Virus record (IMG/VR): IMGVR_UViG_3300027906_000002
Location: 115,403 to 179,402 of that record
DNA from: a virus
DNA: 64,000 nucleotides
Direction: 5' to 3' (one strand)
Positions 18,504 to 27,727 of the stretch are shown here, one piece after another. Position numbers and translations under genes: made by a program. A model generated the notes under the pieces. That model had not been told where the DNA came from, did no database searches, and saw only the letters and a program-made list of their open reading frames with translations. Numbering within the stretch: the stretch's first letter is position 1; each line of letters begins with the position of its first letter.

Positions 18504-20750
18504 ATGGCAGCCAATCAATCATCGCCAGGTATAGTTGTTCAGGAAAGAGACCTGACCACTATTACCAGCTTAGCAACAGCAAATGTGGGTGTATTAGCAG
18601 CTCCATTTGAATTAGGTCCTGTTGAAGAGGTAGTTCAGGTCTCGTCTGAAAGAGGTTTGGCAGAAATATTTGGAGAGCCTAACGAGTATAACTATGAGTA
18701 TTGGTTTACTGCGTCACAGTATCTTGCATACGGTGGTGTTCTTAAAACAATTAGGGTTGCATCTACTGCACTGAAGAATGGTGTTAATACAGGTACTGCT
18801 CCACTGATTAAAAATATTGATGATTATGAAGCAAATTACGAGGCTAGTGCTAACGGTTGGGAATTTGCTGCAAGAACTCCTGGTAGTAAAGGTAACTCGA
18901 TTGGTGTATTTGTAACAGATGCTGGTGCTGACCAGATTGCTGTTCTCCCTGCTCCTGGTTCAGGTAACGAGCATGAGTTTGTAGCAGACGCTGCAGTATC
19001 TGCTGCTTCTGGTGCTGCTGGTAAAGTATTTAAATATAGTATATTATTAACAGTTGATACTGTTGTTGGATCATTTACTCCTGGAGCAACTACAACAATT
19101 AACATTGGTGGTTCTCAAGAATCAGTTGATGTTCTTGCTTATGACGCTGCTAATAAGAAACTTGAAATTGGTCTTCCTAGTGGTGGTGTAACAGGTATTC
19201 TTACTGATGATCAAGTAATCACACAGGGTACTAACACTGCTGCAATTAATGCAACTATCGAACGTCGTCTATACGTTGGTTTAGATAACGCTAGTATTGA
19301 GTTTGTTGCTACTGATAGCATTCAAGATACTAACTCAACCGCAATTGCAATAGATTCAGTTCGTGGTGAGTACGCAGAGCGTGAGTATCTTCCTGGATTT
19401 AAGTGGATTAATGCTGGTGTCCGTCCTGGAACTTCTCAGTATGCAACAGCTGCTGGTGGTAGAAACGATGAAATTCATGTTCTTGTAATTGACGTTGATG
19501 GTAAAATCACTGGTACTGCTGGTGCAGTTCTTGAGAAATTTGTTGGTCTATCTAAAGCAGTTGATGCTAAGACTTCAGTTGGTGAAACAAACTACTACCC
19601 AACAGTAATTAAGCAAAGATCTGGTTACATCTATTGGGGATCACACGAAGCAACAGGATTTGCTGCAACTGGTACTTCATCTGATGGAGATTGGGGTCAG
19701 GATGCTGCACGTCAGTTTAACTTACTACGTTCATCTGGTGGTACTACAGATTTCCCTGGTGGAGTTACAACAGTTGGTTCTAAAAATAATGCAACATGGT
19801 ACTATCGTTTAGTAAGTGGTGCTGACTATACAGTTGCTGGAACTAACTATACTGTAGGTAGTTCTGATGTTCAATCAGCATATGAATTAGTTTCTGACCC
19901 TGAGTCACAAACAATCGACTTCATCCTTACTGGACCTTCTGGTGCTGATGATGCTTCCGCTATCGCTAAGATAACTTCACTGGTTAACATCGTTGAAGAG
20001 CGTAGAGATTGCATGTTATTTGTTTCTCCACGTAGAGCAAACGTTGTTGGTGTAAGTAACACAGGTACTGCAACAAATAACCTTGTTGATTTCTTTGATC
20101 AACTTCCAAGTTCTTCTTACGTTGTATTCGATTCTGGATACAAGTACATGTATGACAAGTACAATGATGTATATCGCTACGTTCCATGTAACGGTGACAT
20201 TGCTGGACTATGTTTACAGACAACAGAAGTTGCAGAACCTTGGTTCTCACCTGCTGGTTTCCAACGTGGTGGTATAAGAAATGCAATCAAACTTGCATAC
20301 ACACCTAACAAGACTCAGCGTGATACACTATACAGTTCAAGGATTAACCCAATAGTCGCATTCCCAGGACAAGGAATTGTTCTTTACGGTGATAAGACTG
20401 CACAATCATTTGCTAGTGCATTCGACAGAATTAACGTTCGTCGTCTGTTCCTTACAATTGAGCGTGTTATTGGTGGTGCTGCTAAGTCACAACTCTTCGA
20501 GCAAAACGATGAAGCACAAAGAGGTTTATTCCTTAACATCGTCGAACCATACATGAGAGATGTACAAGGTCGTCGTGGTGTAACTGACTTCTTAGTCAAG
20601 TGTGACGAGAGTAATAACCCAGCTGATGCAGTTGATCGTGGTGAATTCTACGCAGAAGTATATGTTAAGCCAACACGTACTATCAACTTCATTACACTAA
20701 CATTTGTTGCTACACGTACAGGTGTTTCCTTCGCTGAGGTTGCAAGCTAA
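18504..20750 (+). CDS. gp18: Tail sheath protein gp18
   Basis: SPGIVVQERD; WFSPAG; INPIVAFPGQG; FDRINVRRLF. Confidence 0.97.
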   Translation: MAANQSSPGIVVQERDLTTITSLATANVGVLAAPFELGPVEEVVQVSSERGLAEIFGEPNEYNYEYWFTASQYLAYGGVLKTIRVASTALKNGVNTGTAPLIKNIDDYEANYEASANGWEFAARTPGSKGNSIGVFVTDAGADQIAVLPAPGSGNEHEFVADAAVSAASGAAGKVFKYSILLTVDTVVGSFTPGATTTINIGGSQESVDVLAYDAANKKLEIGLPSGGVTGILTDDQVITQGTNTAAINATIERRLYVGLDNASIEFVATDSIQDTNSTAIAIDSVRGEYAEREYLPGFKWINAGVRPGTSQYATAAGGRNDEIHVLVIDVDGKITGTAGAVLEKFVGLSKAVDAKTSVGETNYYPTVIKQRSGYIYWGSHEATGFAATGTSSDGDWGQDAARQFNLLRSSGGTTDFPGGVTTVGSKNNATWYYRLVSGADYTVAGTNYTVGSSDVQSAYELVSDPESQTIDFILTGPSGADDASAIAKITSLVNIVEERRDCMLFVSPRRANVVGVSNTGTATNNLVDFFDQLPSSSYVVFDSGYKYMYDKYNDVYRYVPCNGDIAGLCLQTTEVAEPWFSPAGFQRGGIRNAIKLAYTPNKTQRDTLYSSRINPIVAFPGQGIVLYGDKTAQSFASAFDRINVRRLFLTIERVIGGAAKSQLFEQNDEAQRGLFLNIVEPYMRDVQGRRGVTDFLVKCDESNNPADAVDRGEFYAEVYVKPTRTINFITLTFVATRTGVSFAEVAS

Positions 20751-20776
20751 ATAATTTCGAGTTCGAGATGGATTCA

Positions 20777-20803
20777 AATAGCGGAGTTTTCTCCGCTATT
20801 TTT
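20777..20803 (+). terminator. Rho-independent terminator
   Basis: AATAGCGGAG-TTTT-CTCCGCTATT followed by TTT. Confidence 0.85.
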
Positions 20804-20865
20804 ATGTCTAAAAATATTAATAATACTAAATATAAACGAAAGGTTTTAACGTTAGGAATTTTCTC

Positions 20866-21483
20866 ATGGCTCAAAGAGGTAATATTGATACATTCAAATC
20901 GAATGTATACTCAGATTTCGCAAGACCCAATCTGTTCCAGGTGGATATAAATTTTCCTACTGACATTGGAGTAACTAATGCAGCAGCATTAAAAACATTA
21001 GGAAACTTTGTTGTTAGAGCAGCGAACTTACCAGCATCACAGATAGGTGTTGTTGAAGTTCCTTTTAGAGGACGTGTTTTGAAACTTGCTGGAGATCGTA
21101 CATTTGAACCTTGGACAATTACAATTCAGAACGATAGCGACTTTCAATTGAGAACTGCATTTGAAACTTGGATGCAGAAGATACAAGAGTATGATGAAAA
21201 CTATACTGCTGTTGCAACATCTACTACTAGTACTAGTAATACAGTTGGTTACTTTGCAGATATGGATGTTCATCAGTTATCTAGAAATGAAAAAGGTACT
21301 GCTAGTGGAACTACTGGAGGACAAGATACATCACATAAAGTGATTAAGTCTTATAAGTTCTTCCAATGCTTCCCAAGCAATATTGCAGCAATAGATTTGG
21401 ACTTCGGAAATAATGATGCTGTTGAAGAATTCACTGTAGAGTTACAAGTCCAGTACTGGAAGCCAACAGCAGTTGCTTCATAA
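20866..21483 (+). CDS. gp19: Tail tube protein gp19
   Basis: ARPNLFQV; VPFRGRVLKLAGDRTFEPWTITI; late promoter TAAATA at 20827. Confidence 0.96.
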   Translation: MAQRGNIDTFKSNVYSDFARPNLFQVDINFPTDIGVTNAAALKTLGNFVVRAANLPASQIGVVEVPFRGRVLKLAGDRTFEPWTITIQNDSDFQLRTAFETWMQKIQEYDENYTAVATSTTSTSNTVGYFADMDVHQLSRNEKGTASGTTGGQDTSHKVIKSYKFFQCFPSNIAAIDLDFGNNDAVEEFTVELQVQYWKPTAVAS

Positions 21484-21534
21484 GTAGCGTTCTGGAAATT
21501 GTCTAAATAGAGTAGGAACAATAAGTTTTAAATA

Positions 21535-23151
21535 ATGTCGCAGCTCTTTGGATTTAGTTTAGAGAGGGCAAAGAAGGTTCCCAAGGGGCCTTCTTTTGTT
21601 CAAAAGGATAGTCTAGATGGATCACAACCTATCGTAGGTGGTGGTTACTATGGCTATTCGGTTGATTTTGATGGTACAGTTCGTAATGATTATGAACTCA
21701 TCACCCGATATAGGGAGATGGTTTTACAACCAGAATGTGATAGTGCAGTTGATGATGTAGTTAACGAGACTATCTGTGGTAATTTCGATGATGTTCCTAT
21801 AGCAGTAGAGCTATCAAATCTAAAACAATCAGAAAAAATTAAGAAGTTGATACGTGAGGAGTTCGATGAAATCCTCCGTCTTCTTGATTTTGATAATAGA
21901 TCTTACGAAATCTTCCGTCGATGGTATGTTGATGGGAGATTATTTTTTCATAAAGTAATCGATCCTAAAAACCCTAGAGGTGGGATGATCGAACTTAGAT
22001 ATATTGACCCTCGTAAGATTCGCAAGGTAACTGAGTATGAGGAAAAGAAACCTGGTGAGTTAAGAGGTGTTGATCTTAATACTCAACTTACACAGAAGTC
22101 AGCATCATATTTCTTATACAATCCAAAAGGATTGAAGAATAGTACCAACCAAGGTATGAGGATTGCTCCTGATTCTGTGACATATTGTCACTCTGGTATA
22201 CAAGATCTCAACAAGAATATGGTCTTGTCTCATTTGCATAAAGCAATTAAGGCAGTCAATCAGTTAAGAATGATTGAAGACTCTCTTGTTATCTACAGAT
22301 TATCAAGAGCACCAGAAAGAAGAATTTTTTATATTGATGTAGGTAACCTTCCAAAGAATAAAGCGGAACAATACTTACGTGAAGTAATGGGTCGTTACAG
22401 GAACAAACTTGTATACGATGCAAACACTGGTGAGATAAAGGATGACAAGAAGTTCATGTCCATGTTGGAAGACTTCTGGTTACCTAGAAGAGAAGGTGGA
22501 AGAGGAACTGAGATTACTACATTACCTGGTGGTCAGAACCTTGGAGAACTAGAAGACGTTAAGTACTTCCAGAAGAAACTATACAAATCACTGAACGTTC
22601 CTAACTCAAGATTAGAGACAGAGACTACATTTAACATTGGTCGTGCTGCTGAGATCACAAGAGATGAGGTTAAGTTCCAGAAGTTTGTAGCAAGACTGCG
22701 TAAGAGATTTGGTGAATTATTCATAGATCTCCTTAAAACACAATTAGTTTTAAAGGGTATTGTTTCCATTGAAGAATGGGAAGAGATGAAAGAGCACATT
22801 CAATTCGATTATATTGCTGATAACTATTTCACAGAACTAAAAGAGATAGAAATCCGTAACGAAAGAATGAATGAAGTTAACCAAATAGATCCTTATGTTG
22901 GTAAATACTTCTCTATTGAGTATGTCAGGAAGCAGGTTCTTAAACAAACTGATATCGAAGTTAAAGAAATTGATAAGCAAATCGAAAGGGAAATGGCAGA
23001 AGGTTTAATATCCGATCCTGCAATGGAAATGGAGATGATGCAAGCTGGTGAAGTTGGTCCTGGAGGTACTCCTGCAGCTCCAGATGGTGCTCTTGCACCA
23101 GACTCATCTTCCGTAGTTACACCTGCTGATCAGCGCAAAGGTGAATTTTAG
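21535..23151 (+). CDS. gp20: Portal vertex protein gp20
   Basis: RRWYVDGR; YRLSRAPERRIFYIDVGNLPK; EDFWLPRREGGRGTEI; late promoter at 21504. Confidence 0.97.
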   Translation: MSQLFGFSLERAKKVPKGPSFVQKDSLDGSQPIVGGGYYGYSVDFDGTVRNDYELITRYREMVLQPECDSAVDDVVNETICGNFDDVPIAVELSNLKQSEKIKKLIREEFDEILRLLDFDNRSYEIFRRWYVDGRLFFHKVIDPKNPRGGMIELRYIDPRKIRKVTEYEEKKPGELRGVDLNTQLTQKSASYFLYNPKGLKNSTNQGMRIAPDSVTYCHSGIQDLNKNMVLSHLHKAIKAVNQLRMIEDSLVIYRLSRAPERRIFYIDVGNLPKNKAEQYLREVMGRYRNKLVYDANTGEIKDDKKFMSMLEDFWLPRREGGRGTEITTLPGGQNLGELEDVKYFQKKLYKSLNVPNSRLETETTFNIGRAAEITRDEVKFQKFVARLRKRFGELFIDLLKTQLVLKGIVSIEEWEEMKEHIQFDYIADNYFTELKEIEIRNERMNEVNQIDPYVGKYFSIEYVRKQVLKQTDIEVKEIDKQIEREMAEGLISDPAMEMEMMQAGEVGPGGTPAAPDGALAPDSSSVVTPADQRKGEF

Positions 23152-23178
23152 ATAAATAAATAAGAAAGTGGAGTTATT

Positions 23179-23538
23179 ATGCCTAGTGAAATAGCACAAT
23201 CTATTGTGAATAGTATCTTTGCCGATGAGAAATCTAAGGCAATAGAGACAACTAATGATGCTTTGAGTGCAGCTACCTATGATGCAATTCAAGCAAAGAA
23301 GCTTGAGTTTGCTAAGGACTGGGGTTTCGACCTTGGTGATACAGGACAAGCTGCTGCAGATGATATTGCTGCCAAAGTTTCTGATGGTCAAGAACCACCA
23401 GAGCTTGCACCTACTGCTGGTGAAATAGCAAATCAAGAAGCAGAACAGGAAGAAGTTCCTGATCCACTACCACCAAATACCGCAGTGGTAGATTCTATCG
23501 AACCTATAGAGGAACCAACAGATGAGACTAATAGCTGA
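23179..23538 (+). CDS. Prohead core protein (gp67/gp68 position)
   Basis: Acidic 119-aa ORF between gp20 and gp21; late promoter TAAATA at 23153. Confidence 0.6.
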   Translation: MPSEIAQSIVNSIFADEKSKAIETTNDALSAATYDAIQAKKLEFAKDWGFDLGDTGQAAADDIAAKVSDGQEPPELAPTAGEIANQEAEQEEVPDPLPPNTAVVDSIEPIEEPTDETNS

Positions 23539-24166
23539 AGAAATAACCGAAGTTAACTTTTTATCCGAAGAAAAGGATGGGAAGAAGTCACACTTTATAG
23601 AAGGTGTCTTTCTACAGGCAGAGATATCAAATAAGAATGGTCGCAGGTATCCATTCAAAACTCTCGAAAGAGAAGTTGCTAAATATGATGAGGGTTATAT
23701 CCGTAAGGGTCGTGCTCTTGGTGAGTTAGGACATCCCGATGGACCTTCCATCAATCTGGATAAAGTATCTCACAAAATAGAATCTCTTAAAGCAGAAGGT
23801 AATAACTTTATTGGACGTGCAAAGATTCTTGATACACCTATGGGCAACATTGCCAAGTCATTACTCGATGAGGGTGTGAGTCTTGGTGTTTCTAGTCGTG
23901 GTATGGGTTCTCTTCGTAAAGAAGGTAACACTAATATAGTACAGGATGACTTTATGCTTGCAACTGCTGCCGATATAGTAGCAGATCCATCAGCACCAGA
24001 TGCTTTTGTTGATGGAATTATGGAAGGAAAGGAATGGGTTTGGGATAATGGACTACTAAAAGAGTCTGCAGTTACTCAAATCAAGAAAGAAATTGATCAA
24101 GCAACTCTTATAAACATTCAAGAACGGAAGGTTTCCGCATTTGACAAGTTTTTAAGAAGTTTGTAA
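23522..24166 (+). CDS. gp21: Prohead protease gp21
   Basis: IEGVFLQ; NKNGRRY; ALGELGHP; GVSSRGMGS; DIVADPSAPDA. Confidence 0.96.
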   Translation: MRLIAEEITEVNFLSEEKDGKKSHFIEGVFLQAEISNKNGRRYPFKTLEREVAKYDEGYIRKGRALGELGHPDGPSINLDKVSHKIESLKAEGNNFIGRAKILDTPMGNIAKSLLDEGVSLGVSSRGMGSLRKEGNTNIVQDDFMLATAADIVADPSAPDAFVDGIMEGKEWVWDNGLLKESAVTQIKKEIDQATLINIQERKVSAFDKFLRSL

Positions 24167-24213
24167 TTTATAAATAAACATAGACAAACGCTAATACGAC
24201 GGAGTTTAAACAA

Positions 24214-25299
24214 ATGTCTGAGACCTCTACTAAAGAGTTAGATTCAATGGAAAACGTGACTGAAGACGCAGCTACTGGTTCTACAGCAATCAAGAAAGGC
24301 GCAACTGCAGGAGAAAAAATCGATACTTCTGGAGCAAAACATACTAATATTGGTGGAACAGATAGTTCATCGGAAGAAGGTGCTAAGGGTACGAAGAACC
24401 TTGGTGCATCTGCTGCTGGATCTACTTCTGTTGAAGGAGATAAGTCAATTAAGACTAAGCCTTCTGACGCAGGTACTGGTAACGTAGGTGCTGCTTTGTC
24501 TAATAAGATCTTCGATTCGGAAGAGAAAGATGGGGAAACAATCCAAGAAGAGCCAAGCACTGAAGAAGCCAAGTACGACTTTAGTGAAGATGTTGACGCT
24601 CTTGTCGCTGGTGAAGAACTCTCAGAAGACTTCCGAGTAAAAGCGAAGACACTTTTTGAGGCGGTTGTTACTCAAAGAGTTAACGAAGAGACTAAAACTC
24701 TTCAAGAGGCTTATGAATCTGCCTTGACTGAAGAAGTCGAAAAGGTTAAAACAGAATTGGCCGAGAAGGTTGATGACTACATCTCTTATGCTGCAAAGCA
24801 GTGGTTGGAAGAAAACGCACTTGCTGTAGAGCATGGTATCAGAGTGGAGATGGCAGAATCATTTACTGAAGGGCTCAAAAAGTTATTCGTGGAACAGAAC
24901 TTTACTGTTCCCGAAGAAAAATTCAACCTACTTGACGGTATGGCTGAAGAGTTAAATGGTATGGAAACAAAGCTCAACGAACAGATCGACACCAACGTCT
25001 CATTGAATAAGAGAATTGGTGAGTTTGTTAAAATGGAAATTGTGAACGAATGTGCTACTGGACTTGCTGAAACCCAAAAGGAGAAGCTTGTTTCATTGGC
25101 AGAAGGGGTTGAGTTTGAAAATGAATCAGACTTTAAAAAGAAAGTCGAAACTATCAAGGAATCATACTTCACTAGGAAGGCTGAGTCTGCAGAAACTGCA
25201 GTCGAACCCACCGAAGAAGCTTCTGCACCTTTGGTAGAAAACAACGAAACTGGCACGATGTCTAAGTACGTCGATGCGATTTCTCGTTGGTCCAAATAA
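24214..25299 (+). CDS. gp22: Prohead scaffold protein gp22
   Basis: ELSEDFRVKAKTLFEA; KVDDYISY; acidic coiled coil; TATAAATA at 24169. Confidence 0.92.
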   Translation: MSETSTKELDSMENVTEDAATGSTAIKKGATAGEKIDTSGAKHTNIGGTDSSSEEGAKGTKNLGASAAGSTSVEGDKSIKTKPSDAGTGNVGAALSNKIFDSEEKDGETIQEEPSTEEAKYDFSEDVDALVAGEELSEDFRVKAKTLFEAVVTQRVNEETKTLQEAYESALTEEVEKVKTELAEKVDDYISYAAKQWLEENALAVEHGIRVEMAESFTEGLKKLFVEQNFTVPEEKFNLLDGMAEELNGMETKLNEQIDTNVSLNKRIGEFVKMEIVNECATGLAETQKEKLVSLAEGVEFENESDFKKKVETIKESYFTRKAESAETAVEPTEEASAPLVENNETGTMSKYVDAISRWSK

Positions 25300-25327
25300 T
25301 AAATCACTTTAAGGAATTATAAAACTA

Positions 25328-26728
25328 ATGTCTAACATTAAACAACTCCAAGAAAAGTGGGCCCCTGTTCTTAATCACGATGCTCTTCCAGAGATCGAGG
25401 ATACTTATAAGAAAGGCGTTGTAGCCCAACTTCTTGAAAACCAGGAAAAAGCACAGATCGAAGAAGGAAACATTCTTAACGAAACTCTTCAGACTGTAGG
25501 TACAGGTGGATATGGTGCTGGTAGTACCGCCACAGGTCCAGTTGCTGGTTTCGACCCCGTTCTAATCAGTCTTATCCGTCGTTCAATGCCTAAGCTAATT
25601 GCTTATGACATTGCTGGTGTTCAACCAATGACAGGTCCAACAGGACTTATCTTTGCGATGAGAACCAACTACGGTACAGAAAGAGATGCTACAGACTCTG
25701 ATTACAGAGAGGCATTCTTCAATGAGCCTAACGCTGGATTCTCTGGTGGCCCAGGTAATCGTCTTGCTGACTATGATCCTAGTGCTTCTGGTTCTGCAAT
25801 CAACGATGCTGAAGGTACTAACCCTGCATTGCTTAACGACTCTTCACCAGGAACTTACGAGTTAACAGGTGATGCCACTGGAATGGCAACAACCACTGCT
25901 GAAGCACTGGATGACAGCTCTGCTGCAACAGCCTTCAGAGAAATGGGTTTCTCAATCGAGAAAGTAACAGTTACTGCGAAGTCACGTGCTTTAAAGGCTG
26001 AGTACTCAATCGAACTAGCTCAAGACTTGAAAGCAATTCATGGTCTAGATGCCGAGCAAGAGTTATCAAACATTCTCTCAACAGAGATACTTGCTGAAAT
26101 CAACAGAGAAGTTGTTCGTACTATCTACGTTAATGCTGTAGAAGGTGCTCAGAACAATACTGCTGATGCTGGTATATTTGACCTAGACGTTGACTCCAAT
26201 GGTAGATGGTCAGTTGAGAAGTTCAAAGGACTACTCTTCCAAATCGAAAGAGATGCTAACGCTATCGGACAGCAAACTCGTCGTGGAAAGGGCAACATCT
26301 TGGTCTGTTCTGCAGACGTTGCTTCTGCTCTAGGAATGGCTGGTGTACTTGATTACACTCCTGCTCTTAATGGCAACAACGCTCTTACTGGTGTTGATGA
26401 TACTGCAAGCACACTTGTTGGTACTCTTAACGGTAAGATCAAGGTTTATGTTGATCCTTATTCTGCTAACGTTGCTGACAAGCACTTCTACGTTGCTGGA
26501 TACAAAGGTACTTCACCTTATGACGCTGGATTATTCTATTGCCCATATGTACCTCTACAGCAGGTCAGAGCAATTAATCCTAACACCTTCCAACCAAAAA
26601 TTGGCTTTAAGACTCGTTACGGAATGGTTTCTAACCCATTTGCTCAAGGTCTTACACAAGGTTCTGGTGCTCTTACAGCTAACACCAACAAGTACTACAG
26701 ACGTGTACAAGTTGCAAACATAATGTAA
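25328..26728 (+). CDS. gp23: Major capsid protein gp23
   Basis: LQEKWAPVL; GVQPMTGPTGLIFAMR; ELAQDLKAIHGLDAE; QPKIGFKTRYG. Confidence 0.98.
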   Translation: MSNIKQLQEKWAPVLNHDALPEIEDTYKKGVVAQLLENQEKAQIEEGNILNETLQTVGTGGYGAGSTATGPVAGFDPVLISLIRRSMPKLIAYDIAGVQPMTGPTGLIFAMRTNYGTERDATDSDYREAFFNEPNAGFSGGPGNRLADYDPSASGSAINDAEGTNPALLNDSSPGTYELTGDATGMATTTAEALDDSSAATAFREMGFSIEKVTVTAKSRALKAEYSIELAQDLKAIHGLDAEQELSNILSTEILAEINREVVRTIYVNAVEGAQNNTADAGIFDLDVDSNGRWSVEKFKGLLFQIERDANAIGQQTRRGKGNILVCSADVASALGMAGVLDYTPALNGNNALTGVDDTASTLVGTLNGKIKVYVDPYSANVADKHFYVAGYKGTSPYDAGLFYCPYVPLQQVRAINPNTFQPKIGFKTRYGMVSNPFAQGLTQGSGALTANTNKYYRRVQVANIM

Positions 26729-26750
26729 TGTGATTCTTTTCACACATTTT

Positions 26751-26779
26751 AAAGAGACCCCAAAGGGGTCTCTTTTTTT
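26751..26779 (+). terminator. Rho-independent terminator after gp23
   Basis: AAAGAGACCCC-AAA-GGGGTCTCTTT followed by a T run. Confidence 0.88.
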
Positions 26780-26783
26780 ATGC

Positions 26784-26789
26784 TAAATA
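26784..26789 (+). promoter_or_regulatory. Late promoter TAAATA for the aaRS-like gene and tRNA
   Basis: Directly downstream of the gp23 terminator, about 20 nt before ATG 26810. Confidence 0.65.
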
Positions 26790-26809
26790 GATTAGTTTGA
26801 CTAAAAATA

Positions 26810-27601
26810 ATGACAAGCTTGATTGATCCAAAGAAATATACTGAGACAGTGGGGCGTTTACGCTCCTTTTTTTTAGCCAAAGGATTCTATGAAGTACATA
26901 CACAAAACCGTTTAAGTATACTTGCTGCTTGTGAAGATCCAGAAACAGTAGCAACATATAATTACGGTGGTAATATATGGCCACTACCACAAACAGGTCA
27001 GATGTGGCTTGAACATGAATTACTTTCTAACCCTTCAGCAGAAGGGTTTTTCTGTGTCTCAACGTCTTATAGGGCAGAACCAAACCCAGTACCAGGAAGA
27101 CATGAAACGATCTTCCCTATGTTTGAGTTTGAAATGAAGGGGGATGTAGAAGATCTTAAGAGCATGGAGATTGATCTATGCAAATATCTAGGACTTCCTG
27201 AGTTAGATATAGAAACTTATGAAGACTGGTCTAATAAATTCAACACGAAAGAACTAGACCATGACCATGAAAAGGCAATTGGTTCTGGTATGATTACAGA
27301 GTTCCCTGAATGGACATCACCTTTCTGGAACATGTCTAGGAACGATGATGGAACCAGTAGAAAGATTGATGTTATCTTAGGTGGCATGGAAACCATTGGT
27401 AGTGCAGAACGCAGTACTGATAAAGAACAGATGCGTAATACCTTCTACACCATATCTGATGGTGGGTATGCTCAACTTATTATCGATAAGTTTGGTAGAA
27501 GTAGAGTAGAGAAAGAACTAGAAGACTTCCTCTCATTTGATTTCTTCCCTCGTTCTGGAGGTGGGATAGGAGTCCAACGTCTAATGTCAGCCCTTTCATA
27601 G
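26810..27601 (+). CDS. Class IIb aminoacyl-tRNA synthetase (Asp/Asn/Lys family) catalytic-domain-only paralogue
   Basis: Motif 1 LRSFFLAKGFYEVHT; motif 2 SYRAE...GRH..IFPMFEFE; ETIGSAER; motif 3 PRSGGGIGVQRL; 263 aa, with no N-terminal OB anticodon-binding domain. Confidence 0.88.
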   Translation: MTSLIDPKKYTETVGRLRSFFLAKGFYEVHTQNRLSILAACEDPETVATYNYGGNIWPLPQTGQMWLEHELLSNPSAEGFFCVSTSYRAEPNPVPGRHETIFPMFEFEMKGDVEDLKSMEIDLCKYLGLPELDIETYEDWSNKFNTKELDHDHEKAIGSGMITEFPEWTSPFWNMSRNDDGTSRKIDVILGGMETIGSAERSTDKEQMRNTFYTISDGGYAQLIIDKFGRSRVEKELEDFLSFDFFPRSGGGIGVQRLMSALS

Positions 27602-27609
27602 GGCTACAT

Positions 27610-27695
27610 TGTGAGGTGACGAAATTGGTAAACGTGTCAGTCTGTTTAACTGATGTTCCTGGCGGGACTTGAAGGTTCGACTCCTTCCCTCACAG
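27610..27695 (+). tRNA. tRNA with GTT (Asn) anticodon and long variable arm, 86 nt, no encoded CCA
   Basis: Acceptor TGTGAGG/CCTCACA + G73; D arm ACG/CGT with GG; anticodon stem TCAGT/ACTGA, loop CTGTTTA; variable arm GTTCC-TGGC-GGGAC; T arm GAAGG-TTCGACT-CCTTC. Confidence 0.9.
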
Positions 27696-27727
27696 TTTAT
27701 GCATATATAATATACTTGATATTTATT

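Noticed and set aside
24168-25307. Minus-strand ORFs of 134 and 173 aa opposite gp22
   Set aside because: Ser/Phe-rich shadows of an Glu/Lys-rich coding strand
27642-27648. Reading the tRNA as Leu(TAA/TTA) because of its Leu-like body
   Set aside because: The 5-bp stem TCAGT/ACTGA centres GTT in a 7-nt loop, and the discriminator is G, not the A of tRNA-Leu
27653-27727. N-terminal extension of the oxygenase ORF in the ORF track
   Set aside because: It overlaps the tRNA variable and T arms; ATG 27728 gives the typical oxygenase start
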